Assembly: GCA_013265495.1 (NCBI GenBank)
Contig: MU058065.1
Span: forward strand, 1,710,364 to 1,774,363
Direction of reading: 5' to 3'
Length of the DNA: 64,000 bases
Source: Vicugna vicugna
Taxonomy: Eukaryota
A program made the translations under genes and the position numbers. Below are positions 50,303 through 64,000 of this stretch, one piece after another (positions within the stretch are counted from its first letter, which is position 1; each line of letters opens with the position of its first letter). The notes under the pieces are model-generated. The model was not told the DNA's origin and searched no databases. It worked only from the letters and a program-made list of their open reading frames with translations.

Positions 50303-50975
50303 TTTTTTTTTAACTTAAAGTACAGTCAGTTACAACGTGTCAAGTTCTGGTATACAGCACAATGTCCCAGTCATGAATATACATACATATATTCATTTTC
50401 ATATTCTTTTTCATTAAAGGTTATTACAAGATATTAAATACAGTTTCCTGTGCTATACAGAACGAATTTGTTCTTTAAATCTGTTTTTATATATAGGGGC
50501 TAATATTTGCAAATCTCCAACTCCCAAATTTATTCCTTCCCACCCTCTTTCCCCTGGTAACCATAAGATTGTTTACTATGTCTACGAGTCTGTTTCTGTT
50601 TTGTAGATGAGTTCATTAGTGTCCTTTATTTCCTTTTTTTTTGTTTTTAGATTCCACATACGAGTGAGCTCATATGGTATTCTTCTTTCTCTTTCTCGCT
50701 TATTTCATTTAGAGTGACAATCTCTAGATCCATACTTTTTTTTTTATATCTAAATTTTTTTTCCTTTATTTTTTTTTACATTTTTTATTGATTCATAATC
50801 ATTTTACAGTGTTGTGTCAAATTCCAGTGTTCAGCACAATTTTTCAGTCATTCATGGACATATACACACTCATTGTCACATTTTTTTCTCTGTGATTTAT
50901 CATAACATTTTGTGTATATTTCCCTGTGCTATACAGTGTAATCTTGTTTATCTATTCTACAATTTTGAAATCCCT
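50303..50975 (-). mobile_element. Two adjacent lineage-specific L1 3' ends
   Basis: Two polyT-led segments (~50303-50733 and ~50736-50975), each containing ttc[c]ctgtgctatacag. Confidence 0.75.
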
Positions 50976-52136
50976 GTCTATATTAGTCTGTATTTTACAC
51001 AGTTACTCTCAAAGTTTTAAAATTAAGCAAATTGAAGGAACATGTAACTTAACTAAATTTTCCTTCTATCTTTCTACTTGAAAGAAAAAAGTGAAGATGT
51101 GCAGTGATCATTATTATGTTCTGTGTAAACAGTAATTCTTTCACTCTAAGTAAATACAGGTAAGAATTTTACTAATAACGCAGGGATAACGTAGAAGACA
51201 TAGATCTGTTTGGCACGTTTACTGTGGTGATTTTTCTAAGAAAATTTTTTTAACTTAGATTTTTTTTTCGAATTATAGTATAATGTATCCAATTTCATAG
51301 TGACTTGAATTCTGGGAAGAGCTAGACACTCCATCCTAGCAGTGTTGGGCTTCTTGGGTTTGCTTTATGATGAGAAAAGACTAATGCAGTTACTAAAAGT
51401 ACAGATTCCCAGGTTCTTCCCCTGGAGATTCTGATTCAGTAGAGAGGATGCAGGGCCAGCAAAGAGCCCTCCAGAGAATGCAGGCAGCACATCTGAACAT
51501 CACTCATCCCCTGAGCCTTCCCTCTGCTCCTCCAGCCTGAGACTGAGCAAGCCACTGTACCCGTGTGGGTTTCGTTCCCTTATTTGTAAAAGAAAAAAAA
51601 AAAGGAGCATTAGTACTTGGAAATGCGGTCAGATTTTGCCACCCCTGCCACAGCCCTCCAGTATATGCATGTACACTGACAATAGAAAAGAAGCCTCGTC
51701 CACACCCTCTGCAAGGCCAGTGTGATGGGCCCCTGACTCCCCCTGTGTCCTCACCTCCTGTGTACCCTCCAGGTTCACTCTGGTGGAGCCACACTAGCCT
51801 TCTGGTCCCCACACGTGGAAAGTCACTGCTGAATCAAGGCTTTGCACTTGTCCATCTGCCTGGAGAGATCTTCCCCCAGACAGGGGTACGTCCTGCTCCC
51901 TCGCTTCATTCAGATCCTTGTTCACGTGTCACCTCCCCACAAGGGACTTCTCTGAACTCCATGGCTGGAATCCAAAGCAGCATTTCTCCCCTTCCTTCTG
52001 ATCATTCCCTACTTCCCATCCTGTTCTCCCCCCAGCCCCGTGTTTATCACTACCTGGAAATATACAATTAGTCACTGCTATGTTATTTATTTATCTGTCA
52101 ATTTCTTTAGTAGATTTTATGCTCCATGAGGGTCAG

Positions 52137-52487
52137 TGCTGTTAGTCCATTCAGGCTGCTCTAACCAAAACACTATGAACTGGGGGCTTATGAATCAGAA
52201 ACATTTATTCCTCTGGTTCTGGAGGCTAGAAAGTCAGAGATCGTGGCACCAGCATGTTTGGCGTCTAGGAATCTGTCCCCATAGACAATGCATTCCTGCT
52301 GTGTCCTCACAGGACAGGGTGGAGCTACTCTGGGGTCTCTTTCACTAGGGCACTGATTCCAGCCATGAGGGCTTCACCCTCATGAACCAATCACACTCCC
52401 ACAGCCTCATCTCCTAATATTATACCTTGGGGGTTAAGATTTCAACTTATAAAATTTCAGGGGACATAAACATTCAGACCATAGTAG
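52137..52487 (-). mobile_element. MLT1A-like LTR inserted into an L2 remnant
   Basis: ttagtccattcaggctgct...ttctggaggct...cattcagaccatag; L2-like sequence on both sides (~51690-52135, ~52490-52570). Confidence 0.75.
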
Positions 52488-54129
52488 CCAGGAGTGTTTA
52501 TCTTTGTTTAATCTACCTTGAGAACCTCAAACAATATCTGGCTCCCAGTAGGTCCTAAATAAAATTTTTCTAAGTTAATATCAATACTCATGAAATTGAT
52601 TAGGTCAATGTATGGGCCTATAAAATCACTATGTAAATGAAAAACAGCCTATTTAGATTTTTTTTATTATTATGCTATTAAAAATATATAACTTCATCTA
52701 TAGATATAGGGTTATTTTTTCACATAGAATATATTTGATGTCAATAGTAGTGATAATTTGTCCTTAAAAATTTAGTACATTTATTAAACAAATGAAATAT
52801 TATACAATTATTTCATGCAATAAACTCCTTAAAAATCAGTCATTTAGATGATCAGTTAATAAATGCTGGAAAATTCTGCAGATAATTAAACTTGCTTGTA
52901 ATTGTTTTCGTAATTTTAATATTACATAAAAGCAATCCATCTTCCAAGCCAAAGAGGAAATTAGAATTTCATGCTTCTCTTTTTAGAGTTCTCTATTTTG
53001 TTGTTCCTGCTTTTATGTATTTTAATAATTCTGTTTATTAATGACATTAATCTGAATGTCAGTTTCTTCCCAACTTCTTTCCTGATACTTTAACACAAAT
53101 AATACTTAGTAGAGAAATAAAGCCGAATTGAATTATGTTTATTTCCACTCAATATCTTCAGTCTGTTCAATGTACATATTTCCAGGACTCTCTTGATGGG
53201 GCCTATGGACACGGTGCTCAACAGGGATAAACAGCCCAAACTGAACCTCATTAGCCATATATGCAGAATTTTAATGTATAATTCCAGGATTTAATAGTGG
53301 TCTTTCCCTTTTCGTTGAATGTTTACACACATCACAACACTTCTTGTTGTAGAAACACATACAACTGGACACTGTCACTGGTATAAACATCAGGGCCAAT
53401 AAGAGTAATAATGATCACTCTCCTCCTTTGAGTATGTGCATGTGCCCTGCACTGTGCTTAGCACTCACTCACACCCCATGGCCACTTTCTGGTAGGAATT
53501 ATTCTCGTGCCCATTTTATAGCAGAAGAAACTAAGCCAAGAAAGCAAACATCACACACTTTGTGTTAAAGATAGAAGCTCCAGCATTCAAGTCTGAAAGG
53601 ACATGATTGTCCACAACTTACTCCAGCCCAGGGCGATTTTAATGACCTTTCTTCCCATCAGGGCAAAGACAAACAGCGCACAATACAAGGAGAAGATATT
53701 GTAAGGTTGACGTGGTAGAAAAAGAGTTACTTCAAGTCCAGTTTGAATATTTAAAGGAAAAGGCAGATTATGAAGTTAGAGGTAAACTGGTAAACTAGAA
53801 ACCAAGAACTATAGGTTTATAAATTAAGTTTAAGTAAATGTTTTCTTGGTAACACATACTTTCTGTGTATAGGAAACAAGCCTATCTTTACTTTTGGAAA
53901 TGCCTTCTCCCAAACTACCTATAGAACACAGTGGTTCACTTCACCTGAATGGCGCTCTAGTAAGCACACTAAGAAATGTTTAAAAAGTGTGCAGTTGGTG
54001 ATCTCCTGTCTGAATGGCAGGGTTTTTCTTTTTTCTCTTTAATATTATTTACTTATTTTTACTTTTTAATCAATTTTTTCCCTTCTAGCTTTATTGAGAC
54101 ATAATTGATATACAGCACTGTATACTTCC

Positions 54130-54256
54130 TTTTTTGGGGAGAAGACAGAGGTAATTAGGTTTTATTTATTTTTTTAAAGGAGGTACTGGAGATTGAACCT
54201 AGGACCTCGAGCTTGCTAAGCACGTGCTCTACCACTGAGCTACACCCTCTCTCCCC
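54130..54256 (-). mobile_element. Vic-1-like SINE
   Basis: Reverse complement of the SINE at 32798 (gaggtactggagattgaacctagg...ctctaccactgagctacaccctc). Confidence 0.85.
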
Positions 54257-55669
54257 ATTGGTGAGGTTTTTTATTTGACTAAGTTTGATGGCTTTTAAGC
54301 ACATTTTTTATTAAGATAGAATTTGCATGCTGTAAAATTCACCATACATGCTACAGTATGAATGAATCTTGAAAATACTCTTTTAAGGGGTAAAAAAGGC
54401 CACATGTTTTATGATTCCATTTATATGAGATATCCAGAATACAAAAAAAGAAACAAATAAACAAACAAACAAACAAACAAAAACAAGTCTTTAATCTATA
54501 ATGATTGCCAAGGGCAGAGAGGGAAGGTAGGCATGGGGAGAGGGTAAAGGGTTTCTTTTTAGAGTGGTGATTGTGTTCCGGAATGAGACAGCACTGATGG
54601 TTGCACAACTGTGCGAATGACGATGTTTGAACAAATCTCAGAGGCTCAAAAGGGTCACTGGTTCGTCTTCATTGAGGCGGACCGCTACCCTTAGTTTCTT
54701 AATCCTTTCGTGGAAAACCTGTGAACGTACAGTGGTCTCATAAACCTAAGAACAAATAGGAAAAGGGGTGACAGAAAAACATGGAGGTGCCTTTCTACTA
54801 AGGAAGTATGGCAGAGTTATTCTTGACAGTTAGGAAATACCACACTAAAAACTCTCGTATCTGTGAACAATCTGCACCTACAGTTATAGCTCCATGTGTC
54901 TCAGTACTTCATTACTCTCTGCGTTTATTTCTTGTAAATACCTAAAGAAAGAAATAATAGCCCAGCAAGATTCCTATTTGTGTCACTCCATCACCAGCCA
55001 ATGCCTCCAAACCTTTACCTTTTAAATTAAGCATTTCGCTTGAGTTCACGAAAGAAGCCAGACTGATAACTCAGGATACTGTTTGCCAGACAAGAAAGCT
55101 AAAAAAGGAAGAACAGATGACCCAAAAGGTCAACTACAAAACTACAAAAATTATTTGATTGACTAGTTAGTTCAAAATAAATAGTCAGAAAAAAGATAGT
55201 AATGGCAACATAAACACAGAAACTCTGATTTAAAAAAAAAAATGTATTGCTATCCTTTCATTCTTGTGATACTTTTGAAAGCCCATTTCCAACATACCAC
55301 TGTTCTCTGTAAAGCAACATACCAAAAAATCGCAGAGGATGACCAGGTCTCTGAACAAGAATAATATGTTTTCCTGCTTCAGTTACAGAAGCCTAGGGCT
55401 GGAGACAACCTCAAAGCTGCTTCAGCAGATGAGTGGCTATCTAGAAAAACAGATGGCCATTTATTTAATTTATGAACATCTCTAGAAGCCAAGAATTTGC
55501 ACTGAACAAAAAACATGAATAAACTGTTAAATACTTGATGGAAAATAATTTCTAGCAAATCACAAATGCAACCAAAGACCATCTATTTTGATTGCTTATT
55601 AACCTCGACCTATATGTGTCTACTCTCACTGAACCAAATCTAATATAAATCTCATATAGAAACTAGACC

Positions 55670-55825
55670 CTAGGATGTACAATGAGAAAGAATATGTAAA
55701 GGAATATATGTAAGTGTATATATGACTGAAACATTATGCTGTACACCAGAAATTGACACCACATTGTAAACTGACTATACGCCAATTAAAAAATTTCTTA
55801 AACAAAGACAAAACAAAACAAAAAA
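55670..55825 (+). mobile_element. Lineage-specific L1 3' tail
   Basis: tgctgtacaccagaaattgacaccacattgtaaactgactata plus A-rich tail. Confidence 0.75.
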
Positions 55826-56886
55826 CTAGATCAGAAGTGAATCGAAGTCCAGCTGCATTTTCATTGCATTGTGATCCTGGCAAACTCAAGAACTCAGCCC
55901 CTCTACATCATTGTAGCTAACAGCCCCATGGTCACGTGATTCTTCTGCCCTGTGAACCCACTTCCTTGGGCTGGCATGTGAATGGCTGCTGTGACTACGA
56001 GGTCTGCCTCAGTCTACCATAATGGCAGTGGAACTGCAGCATAGAAAGGTTCATGGAAACTCAATTTCAAGATCTCCAGCCCAACCAGACTGCATAAAAC
56101 CACATGCCAATGACTTCACAGAGATTTCATCTGAGTCAAACAGCCCCAACATCGACATTATTCATGGTTATAGAAGAATCAACCACAGGGCCCACTTTTT
56201 AGGATGCTAGCCAATTTCCGAATAACTAAATAAGCAAGCATTCTTAGTTCTATCCCTATTGGCAGGCTACCTTCTATTTATTCTTCAAATATATTCAGAG
56301 AAAATTACTATTCATTCCTTCCTTTACCAAGCACGCCCAACAGGATAAAGAACAAAGAATGCCCTTTGTTCTCATACAGTGGCACTAGTCAAAACAGCAC
56401 AGTTTATTCTGAACAGTCGTCTAGTATAAACTAATAAGAGAACAAAAAGTAATAGTTCGTTTATTCTCCTCTCTGCAATAAGACTTTCCCATCACCGCAC
56501 AAATCACAAATTTCAGTGAGACATTTCATCCTCAGATAAATCCAAAGATAACTTTCCACTTAACATAATCAGACACAGTAAATAATATTTCTCAAAGATA
56601 AAATTCTTTTTTCTACCACGAGCAATGCAGTCTCCCAGAAAGCAGGATCCTTCCAGACAGGTCACAACAAGATCATTGTTGTCAAGCTTGGGATTAAAAA
56701 TTACTCAAATATCATTTGTAGGAGAAATTCCTTATTTGACATTACATGTTAATGGATTACAAAACTATTTTTTCATAAATTATCCTGTCCCCTCACATTT
56801 GATACCAGTTACTTAATATCCGTCTGTTCTAATTCATTCTCCCACTGAAAACCCAAAAGATCTTTTTAAAACTTGAAGACTTAGAT

Positions 56887-57042
56887 GGGGAGGGCATAGC
56901 TCAGTGGTAGAGCATTTGTTTAGCATACATGAGATCCTGGGTTCAATTCCCAGTACCTCCATTAAAAAAAATAAATAAATAAAACCTAATTACCTTCCCC
57001 CCAAATAAGCAAACAAAAGTCAGAATGATTAAAAAAAAAAAA
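56887..57042 (+). mobile_element. Vic-1-like SINE
   Basis: ggggagggcatagctcagtggtagag...gggttcaattcccagtacctcc...acctaattacc; aaaacttgaa on both sides as a partial TSD. Confidence 0.88.
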
Positions 57043-58199
57043 CTTGAAAAAAATTCAGAGATTTAAAATGAAAGCCAAAATAATAGGGGTTGGGGTAAGG
57101 GGGTTTTTATGGAATTATATGAAATTACATGTGTGAAAGTTTTGAAAACTGTAAAACACCATAGAATTTAAAGAATCTTTTATTCAATTAAAAAATTTAA
57201 ATAAAATCACATTCGTTTGGTGGCAAAAAGGAAAAGAAAAGAAAGCCACACTCTTCCATGTGTTATGCAAGGTCTTTCAACAGTTGGCTGAATTTTTGGA
57301 AGGGTTCCTGTGTTCTCATTCTTTATGCCCTAAGACACTTCCCTGACCACCTTCCTTAAGGAAAAGTCTCCTAGGTGCCTTCTTCCTAATACTAATCATG
57401 GTACGAATTACAGTTAATATTTTGATTATTTCATGTATTTTTTAGGTTGTCTCCCTTCTTAAGGCATAAGACCTGTCTGTTTCCAGTGTCCAGCATAGTA
57501 CATTAGATAGATGCTTAATAAGTACTTGCTGAACATGTAAATGAATGAACAGTAAGTACATGAATGCATCGCTTCAACCTCTGAGAAAGAATCACATATG
57601 CACACAGAAAGGGTTTCAGCTTGTAGTAGAGAAACCTTCCCAAGCTATTGTGCCACGACGTTAAGAACTTCAAACGTGGTGTTCACTTTATGCTAAACTA
57701 TTAGGTATTTCATCAGCTTGGATTTAAAAGCACTGAATAGAGAGGAATAAATAACAAGGGAGGGAGGAAGGGAGGAGAGGGAAAGGGGGAAGGTGAGGAA
57801 GTGGGAGATGGGGAGCGAGAGGATGAGAGGTTTCGGAGAACAGGCTGGCTCAGAGGCTTGGAAGTAGCAAACTTACTTCTTTCCGTATTCCATTGTCTAG
57901 AACTCAGTCACGTGGTCTCATCTAACTGCAGGGGAAGCTGGGAAATGTAGTTTCTTCATGAGCCGAGGAGGGAAACTAAAACAGATTTGGTAAACCCATT
58001 ATGTGTTTAAGATATAAATTTTCCTCTGAGTATTGCTATAGTCAGTGACACAAACTTGCCACTCATTTTTAATAGTTTTAATTTCATTTTCATTTCCTTT
58101 TCAAGACAATTGCTTTTTAATTTTTATACAGTCAATTTATTGAGGGTAAAAACAGAAATCTCTCCTTTTGTTACTATTAGCTAGTCTTCACAGACTGTG

Positions 58200-60170
58200 A
58201 CCCATATGTTTCTGCTATATTATCTTTAATTTTCGAAAGTCCTTTATTTCTCTAAACGTTCCTTTTTATATACATTCTCTTTTTGTTTCATGAATACTAT
58301 TCTTCGAGTACTTTTCCAGGAGTATTCATTATAGTTATTTACCTGAATTTTCTTCTTCTCCCTACGTTGTCTCTGTTTCCTTCAAGCAATTTTATTCTGT
58401 TTATTTGCTTTGGCCTTTGTCTTTCAAGCTAGATAATTTTCTTCATTGTTAACTATTTACTATCCATTCATATTCAAAGTGAGGTACTACAAGCTACTAT
58501 TAAAGTCAGTGTGTGTGCATGCGTGTGTGCATGCGTGCGAAAGAGAGTAAAAGAGACAGAAATTGTCTCTCCATTTAGAGGAAACATCAACTGGCAATAC
58601 CTATAGATCTTTCTGGCTGGGCTAGTCAGCGTCCCAGAAACCAGAGAAAAATTAACTAAAGGTTATGAGCCTGTATTGCCCCCCACCCCAAAAAAGGTTC
58701 TGGTATTTTCAGCATTCAGTGAGTAGATGCTCATTTAATGCTCTGTTTTTGGTGTGGCATTCATACTTTTGATTCGATGTGCCCAGTTTAGAGTCCCTCT
58801 AGTTCAAAACTGGAGGAAAAACCCTCCAGTTTTATCCTAGCACTTGAGTAGTCAGCTGGATATGTGAAGTGGTGGTGGGGGCGGGGGCATCTAGGAATCT
58901 GCTTCAGTCTTGTTTTGAACCTTCCCATATCTGTTTAGGTGCCCAGTACTTCCAAATTCTAGGGTTTTGCGTGATGAATTAGCTGTTTCAAGGGTTCTCC
59001 CCAGGCTCCCATACCAACTTTCTCTGGCTGGCTAGGTCAGCTACCACTTCCCTCTTGGATTTATAAGTCTAAAAACTTATTTGCCATTGTCTCTTCTACT
59101 TTCTTTGTCTTTGTGGGGCCATGCTTTCTTTTCACTTTGTTTTAGTGGAGTTGTGAGAGGAAGCGGAAATAAAACATGTGTTCAGTCCACTATGTTGAAC
59201 TAAAAGACCTTAACACATGTGTTCAGTCTATTATGTTGAACTAAAAGACCTTAATTTTCATGTTCTTTTCTTTTATTGTTTGATTGTGTCATTTGGTTTT
59301 AAGCGTTTTAATTGCACCTAATGTTTAGCTAGATAGTAGTGCCTCACACGCCAACCCCAATCCAGGTATCTTTGTGAAATTAATCCACCCATAACTGGGG
59401 TAATGCTGATATGTTTAGATGTACTCTTTCTAGGTTATTTTATCACTTCTCCTTACTAGCGAGTGTTTTGTTGGTGGTGGTATAAATTCTTACCTCTGGT
59501 GGTTTAGAAGGTACATATCCTGTTTCTGTTTTTCCTGTATTACCTTTACATTTTTAACAAAGCTATCCAAATTTATATTCTTCTATAGTCATAAGTTAAG
59601 GGACTTAAGTTCCAGACAGGCTGCTATTGGTTGTTTTCCATATTATCCATCAGATATTAAGATGATAGCTCTGTATTTTATTGGTTTATTTACCTGTCAG
59701 TTTCTTACACCTCAGGCCTTACTCGTTTTCTGATTCATTTTTCATTTTGCTGCAGTATATGCTTGAGTAAATCTTTCAGAAAAGGCATGACAGGTAAACT
59801 TTCTGAGTTCTAGCAGGTCCTAAATTCTTTGTTCTGGCCCTTACACTTAAATGCTTATTTAGCTGGGTATAGAATTCTAGGATCAAAATTATTTTATCTC
59901 AGGAATTGGATAATAGTGTCTCCTTTTCTTCTAGCATCCAGTGTTGTGAATGACAAATCTTTTAGGAAAGAAGTCTTGGAATTGTTTTGTTTTATTCTTT
60001 TGCTCTGAAAACCCTTAGGGCTTTCTTTTTCATCTTAGGAATTCTGATAATGGGCACATTAAAATGTATCCAGGTATGGGCCCTTTAAAAAAAATTCATC
60101 CTGTTCACTACTCAAGGAGACATGTCATTCTTCATCTCAGATATATTTTCTTCTCTTGTTTTCTAACGTC
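58200..60170 (-). mobile_element. Ancient L1/HAL1-like ORF1-region remnants
   Basis: T-rich; ttagctgggtatagaattctagg and cttctagcatccagtgttg reverse motifs; fragmented, boundaries approximate. Confidence 0.45.
59174..59254. repeat. Tandem duplication, 41-bp unit x2
   Basis: acatgtgttcagtc(ca/ta)(c/t)tatgttgaactaaaagaccttaa repeated head to tail with two internal mismatches. Confidence 0.95.
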
Positions 60171-60784
60171 TACTGTTGCTCTATTAATTACCTATCACTA
60201 CATAACAAACTATCTCAAAACTAAATAAGCTTAAAACATTTTATTATGTCTCACAATTCTGTGCGTTAGCTAGATGATTCTTCTGCTGGTCTTACGTGGT
60301 CATGCAGTTGCTTTAAGCTGGCAAGTCAGCTGGGACTGGGCTCAGCTGAACAGCTGAAAAGGCTGGAACTCTCCGAGAATGTTGCTGTTTCTTACAATAT
60401 AAATATCTTTTAAAACACTGAAATCTCATTTCACTGTGACCCACTGATGTGGTAAATAAGCGACAAGAGGTCAGAGCTTAACAATCAGCACAACAATACA
60501 TGGATGGAACACGTGGAAGGTGAGATGTCCAAACACAGCGACTCTGATGTGATGGGTTAGATTCTTTACAATTTCAGAATGCTGGCCAACAACCACAGGT
60601 CATTACAATGCTGGCCTCTTGCTTTCCTATTTATGTTTTCTCTTCCGTTTCAAACATAGTTCTCTGTGTTCCTATCCAAGATACTGGCCAATGGTAAGCA
60701 TAATGACAATACTCAAGTAACACACATCAGCGGAGCAGCCCCTCCATCTTTCATCAGAGACAGTCCTAATAAGCAAAGGGTTGG

Positions 60785-60968
60785 AAACAACAAGTTTATA
60801 CTGTGAAACACAGGGAACCGTATTCAACATCTTGTAGTAACTTATGGTGAAAAAGAATATGAAAACAAATATCTGTATGTTCTTATTTGACTGAAGTATT
60901 GTGCTGTACACCAGAAACGGACACAGCAACCTAAACTGATTATACTTCAATAAAAATATATTTTAAAA
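60785..60968 (+). mobile_element. 5'-truncated L1 with 17-bp TSD
   Basis: aataagcaaagggttgg (60768-60784) and aataagcaaaaggttgg (60969-60985) flank an L1 3' tail. Confidence 0.85.
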
Positions 60969-62555
60969 AATAAGCAAAAGGTTGGCATCACAAAGGCTAT
61001 GATAACAATTACCTCCAGGGACTTACACTAGACACATGCTGCCGAAGTGATCCTACCCTCCTTAGCGCTTCTAACGGCAGAACGTGGTCCTAGAGAAAAA
61101 CTCGATATTGTGCAACACAAGTCAATGGAATGCAATGTTCTTGAGGGAAGAAGAAACATCTTTTTGAAAGTAAGAGGCCCTGAAGCAGGCAGTGTAGTCT
61201 GCCTAATGCTGTTAGAATAAACGAGGCCAAAGCAGAGACATCCTGCTGTATAAGACTTTAAGTGAAACTGGACATTTTTTCAAGTCCCATTTCATTAATA
61301 ATTAATTGTAATCAAAGTTCAGCAAAGCCACATCACAGATTTCTCTTCATGTTAAAAATAGAGTAAGCAATATAAAACCAGGCTCATTTCTGGCAAAGTG
61401 GCTTCCTAAAGCAGAAGTGTGTCTAAACAGGTCACTTTTTTTTTTTTTTTGCTATTTCTATAAAAGCTTTTCTCTAAAGAATAGAATTTATTAGTAATGG
61501 CCTCCTGGAAAGACATAGCATTCTGCTGACATTGTGTGAATAATCTTCACAGAGCTGAACATGAGGGTGGATGAGCCTGAGATCATCATCACGTGATCAT
61601 AAGATGACCGATGCTCACAGACTTGTTCCAAAAGAAATGATGGAGTTTTATGAAGGAATGTGCTGTGATCTGCTAAGCTGGTTAGTGGGTTCGGAGGAGA
61701 ACGGTATCTCCAACAAATGGTACTTAACCTCATCCCAGGAAGGTAGGGAGGAGTTTGCAGGTGAAGATGAGGAAGGGGTTTTCAGGCAAAAAGCAACAGG
61801 ATGTGTAAAGATCCTGAGATGAGAACGACCTTCATACAACTAAGTCTATAAGGGGAGAGTACAGTGCATGAGGAAAAGCGACATGCTGGTGAAGGGTGAG
61901 AGGAGAGCCCGGGCCAGGCTATTTAATTCAGTCCTCACAGCAGGTCTGTGGACAGAACACAGCTTCACTATGAATAATGAGCAGGATAAGTAGTGATAAA
62001 TTCATATCCTTGTGAAACATAGAAAATAAAAGAATATAAAGACCATCTGAAAATGTCCAGGGGAAACAGAAAAATTACATAGAAAGGAATGAAAATGAAA
62101 TTTATAACATACTTACTAGCAATAGAGGCCAAAAGATAATAATAGAACAATGTATTCAAAATTCTAATTTTTTTGCCAAACAAATGAATTTCTCCTTATT
62201 CAGAGAGTCCATACAAATACTTCACATGGGCAATGTTACTGGAGAAATAAAAGTTGAATCAACACGGAGAACGAATACTGCCCATACTTCTTCATGGGGT
62301 GATGGGTGTTATTCAAGCCATAATGTTTGCACTCTCAGGGTCCATCGATGACAATCAACATAGAGATGAAATAGAAGCAAACAGGAGAAAGAAAATACCC
62401 AGGGCGTTGAGATCATGATGCCTGCATCTCTCTGCTGCAGCGTTCAGAACCATCCCATGGTCTTATAGTTGATAGATAGTGTTTTGGAAAAAAAAATCAG
62501 TGACACACAATTGTGACTGGTAATTTTCAGGAGGCCTTACACAGACTATAGAATT

Positions 62556-62697
62556 TTTGTATATTGAAGTATAGTCAGTTTACACTGTTGTGTCAATCTC
62601 TGGTGTGCAGCATAACGTTTCAGTCATACTATACATACATATATTCCTTTTCATATTCTTTTTCATTATAGGTTACTACAAGATATTGAATAGAGTT
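62556..62697 (-). mobile_element. 5'-truncated L1 3' tail with TSD
   Basis: cagactatag(a/g)att at 62542 and 62698 flanks a reverse L1 tail. Confidence 0.8.
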
Positions 62698-62820
62698 CAG
62701 ACTATAGGATTCTGTAGCCAGCTAAACCCTCATTCACAAGCAAGGACAAAATAAAAGCATATCTAGTTATACATACATAGTTTATACACCCGTAGATCCG
62801 CATTAAAAGAATTGGTAAAG

Positions 62821-62860
62821 ACACAGCATTGTAAACTGACTATAACTCAATTAAAAAAAA
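62821..62860 (+). mobile_element. ~40-bp L1 tail insertion with TSD
   Basis: aaaagaattggtaaa / aaaagaattcgtaaa flank acacagcattgtaaactgactataactcaatt plus polyA. Confidence 0.8.
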
Positions 62861-63204
62861 AAAGAATTCGTAAAAAAAATTTCTCTAAAGTAAGAGGAAA
62901 GATTAACCCTGAAAAAAAAGAGTAATTTCAGAAAAATTTAAACTGTATTGTTAAATTTAATTGTCTTATAACTGCAAAAAAAATGTTCTTCAAAACCAAA
63001 TTTGAAATAACTATAACAAATAGGAAATGTTTAAATGAAAGTTAAAGACTGTTAGGTTTTTGTAGTGGTCAAGAAAGAGAAGAAAAAAATTGTGTAACTT
63101 TTCACATTATTAAAAAATATGTTGAAAAATCAATGCTAAATGTTAGAAGAAAAAAAAAACTGTCAATAGCTTGATTCCAAACCAGTAGAAGCATATTGAA
63201 ACTT

Positions 63205-63400
63205 CTTGAGCACTTACTACAGGTGAGCCACTGTTTGAAGGGTTTGATGCCATCCTCACAACCACCCTATGGCCGTCGTGACCATTTCCAACAGATCTGA
63301 GTCTAGGGCACAGAGAAGTTAAGTAACTGACCCAAGGTCACGTGGCTGGGAAGTGCTGGAGGCAAAATTCAAACCCAGAGGGTGGGCTTTCAGAGGCTGC
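63205..63400 (-). mobile_element. MIR SINE
   Basis: agggcacagagaagttaagtaactgacccaaggtcac...attcaaacccag reverse MIR core. Confidence 0.75.
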
Positions 63401-64000
63401 GTTCGTCAACATCTGTTACATAAAGTCAAGTTGATGAAACCATCTGACCACAATGGTAGAGGGGAGAATGGAAGCTGAGAAAAGAGAATGGCAAATAGAG
63501 AATACAAATAGACATACATCCAAAAAATCAACAATAGCAATAAGTGGAAATGGATTTTAGAAGTTTGTTATTTGGAAAAAGAAGCCAAAGTCTGCCCAGT
63601 AGCCTACAGAGCCCACTGGACGAGGCTCCCAGTTACCTTTCTGACACTTTCTGTTACTTTCTCCATTTCATATTCCATTCAAATGGCTCTAGCCTCCTTG
63701 ATGCCGTCAGACATGACATGAATACAGTTCTATCAGTGCCTTTGCTCCTTGCGTTCACCATGCCTGAAACACTGTTTTCTATCGATTTTCTCCCTTCCTT
63801 CCCCCAGGTCACCTTTAGAGTGATTTCTTTCCTACCTGCTCTGTTTTAAAATGAATTTAAATTGAACTCTCACTGCCCTCACCAGGCATTCTGGGCCCCT
63901 TTATTTTTCTCTACTGCTCTTTTCTTCTCTCACAGGCTTTACATTGTGCTTATTTATTATGCTTCTTTGCTGTCTTCCTGACCAGACTACATATTCCGTG

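Noticed and set aside
51565..52071. 168-aa Pro-rich ORF
   Set aside because: Lies in a degenerate L2 remnant with no protein-family signal.
33000..64000. A second protein-coding gene or processed pseudogene downstream of DOCK10
   Set aside because: No ORF in the track or exon chain resembles a protein I recognise, and the region is dominated by repeats; a lncRNA cannot be excluded.

Overview
Mammalian genomic DNA, most likely a camelid: it carries three Vic-1-like tRNA-derived SINEs and cetartiodactyl-type L1 3' ends, and I saw no Alu, BovB or PRE-1. Bases 1-~32,750 hold the 3' part of DOCK10 (zizimin3, a DOCK-D family GEF) on the + strand. I traced 18 GT-AG coding exons (324-32113, ~797 codons) that splice into one unbroken frame covering the DHR2 catalytic domain and ending ...SPSAEV*, then a ~0.6 kb 3' UTR. 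The remaining ~31 kb is repeat-rich intergenic DNA with no gene I can support. Three signals stand out. (1) The last intron holds a 76-nt cassette exon that moves the terminal exon into a second open frame, and a 68-nt exon that could give a ...TSVL* end. (2) The intron after ...VAFYGQ holds a 6-nt Ala-Val microexon, an 8-nt frameshifting microexon and a stop-plus-AATAAA candidate terminal exon. (3) An intronic, polyadenylated, U5-less ERV retrocopy has an internally deleted env. Gene and repeat family names come from recognition, not database searches; none of the alternative exons is verified by expression data.
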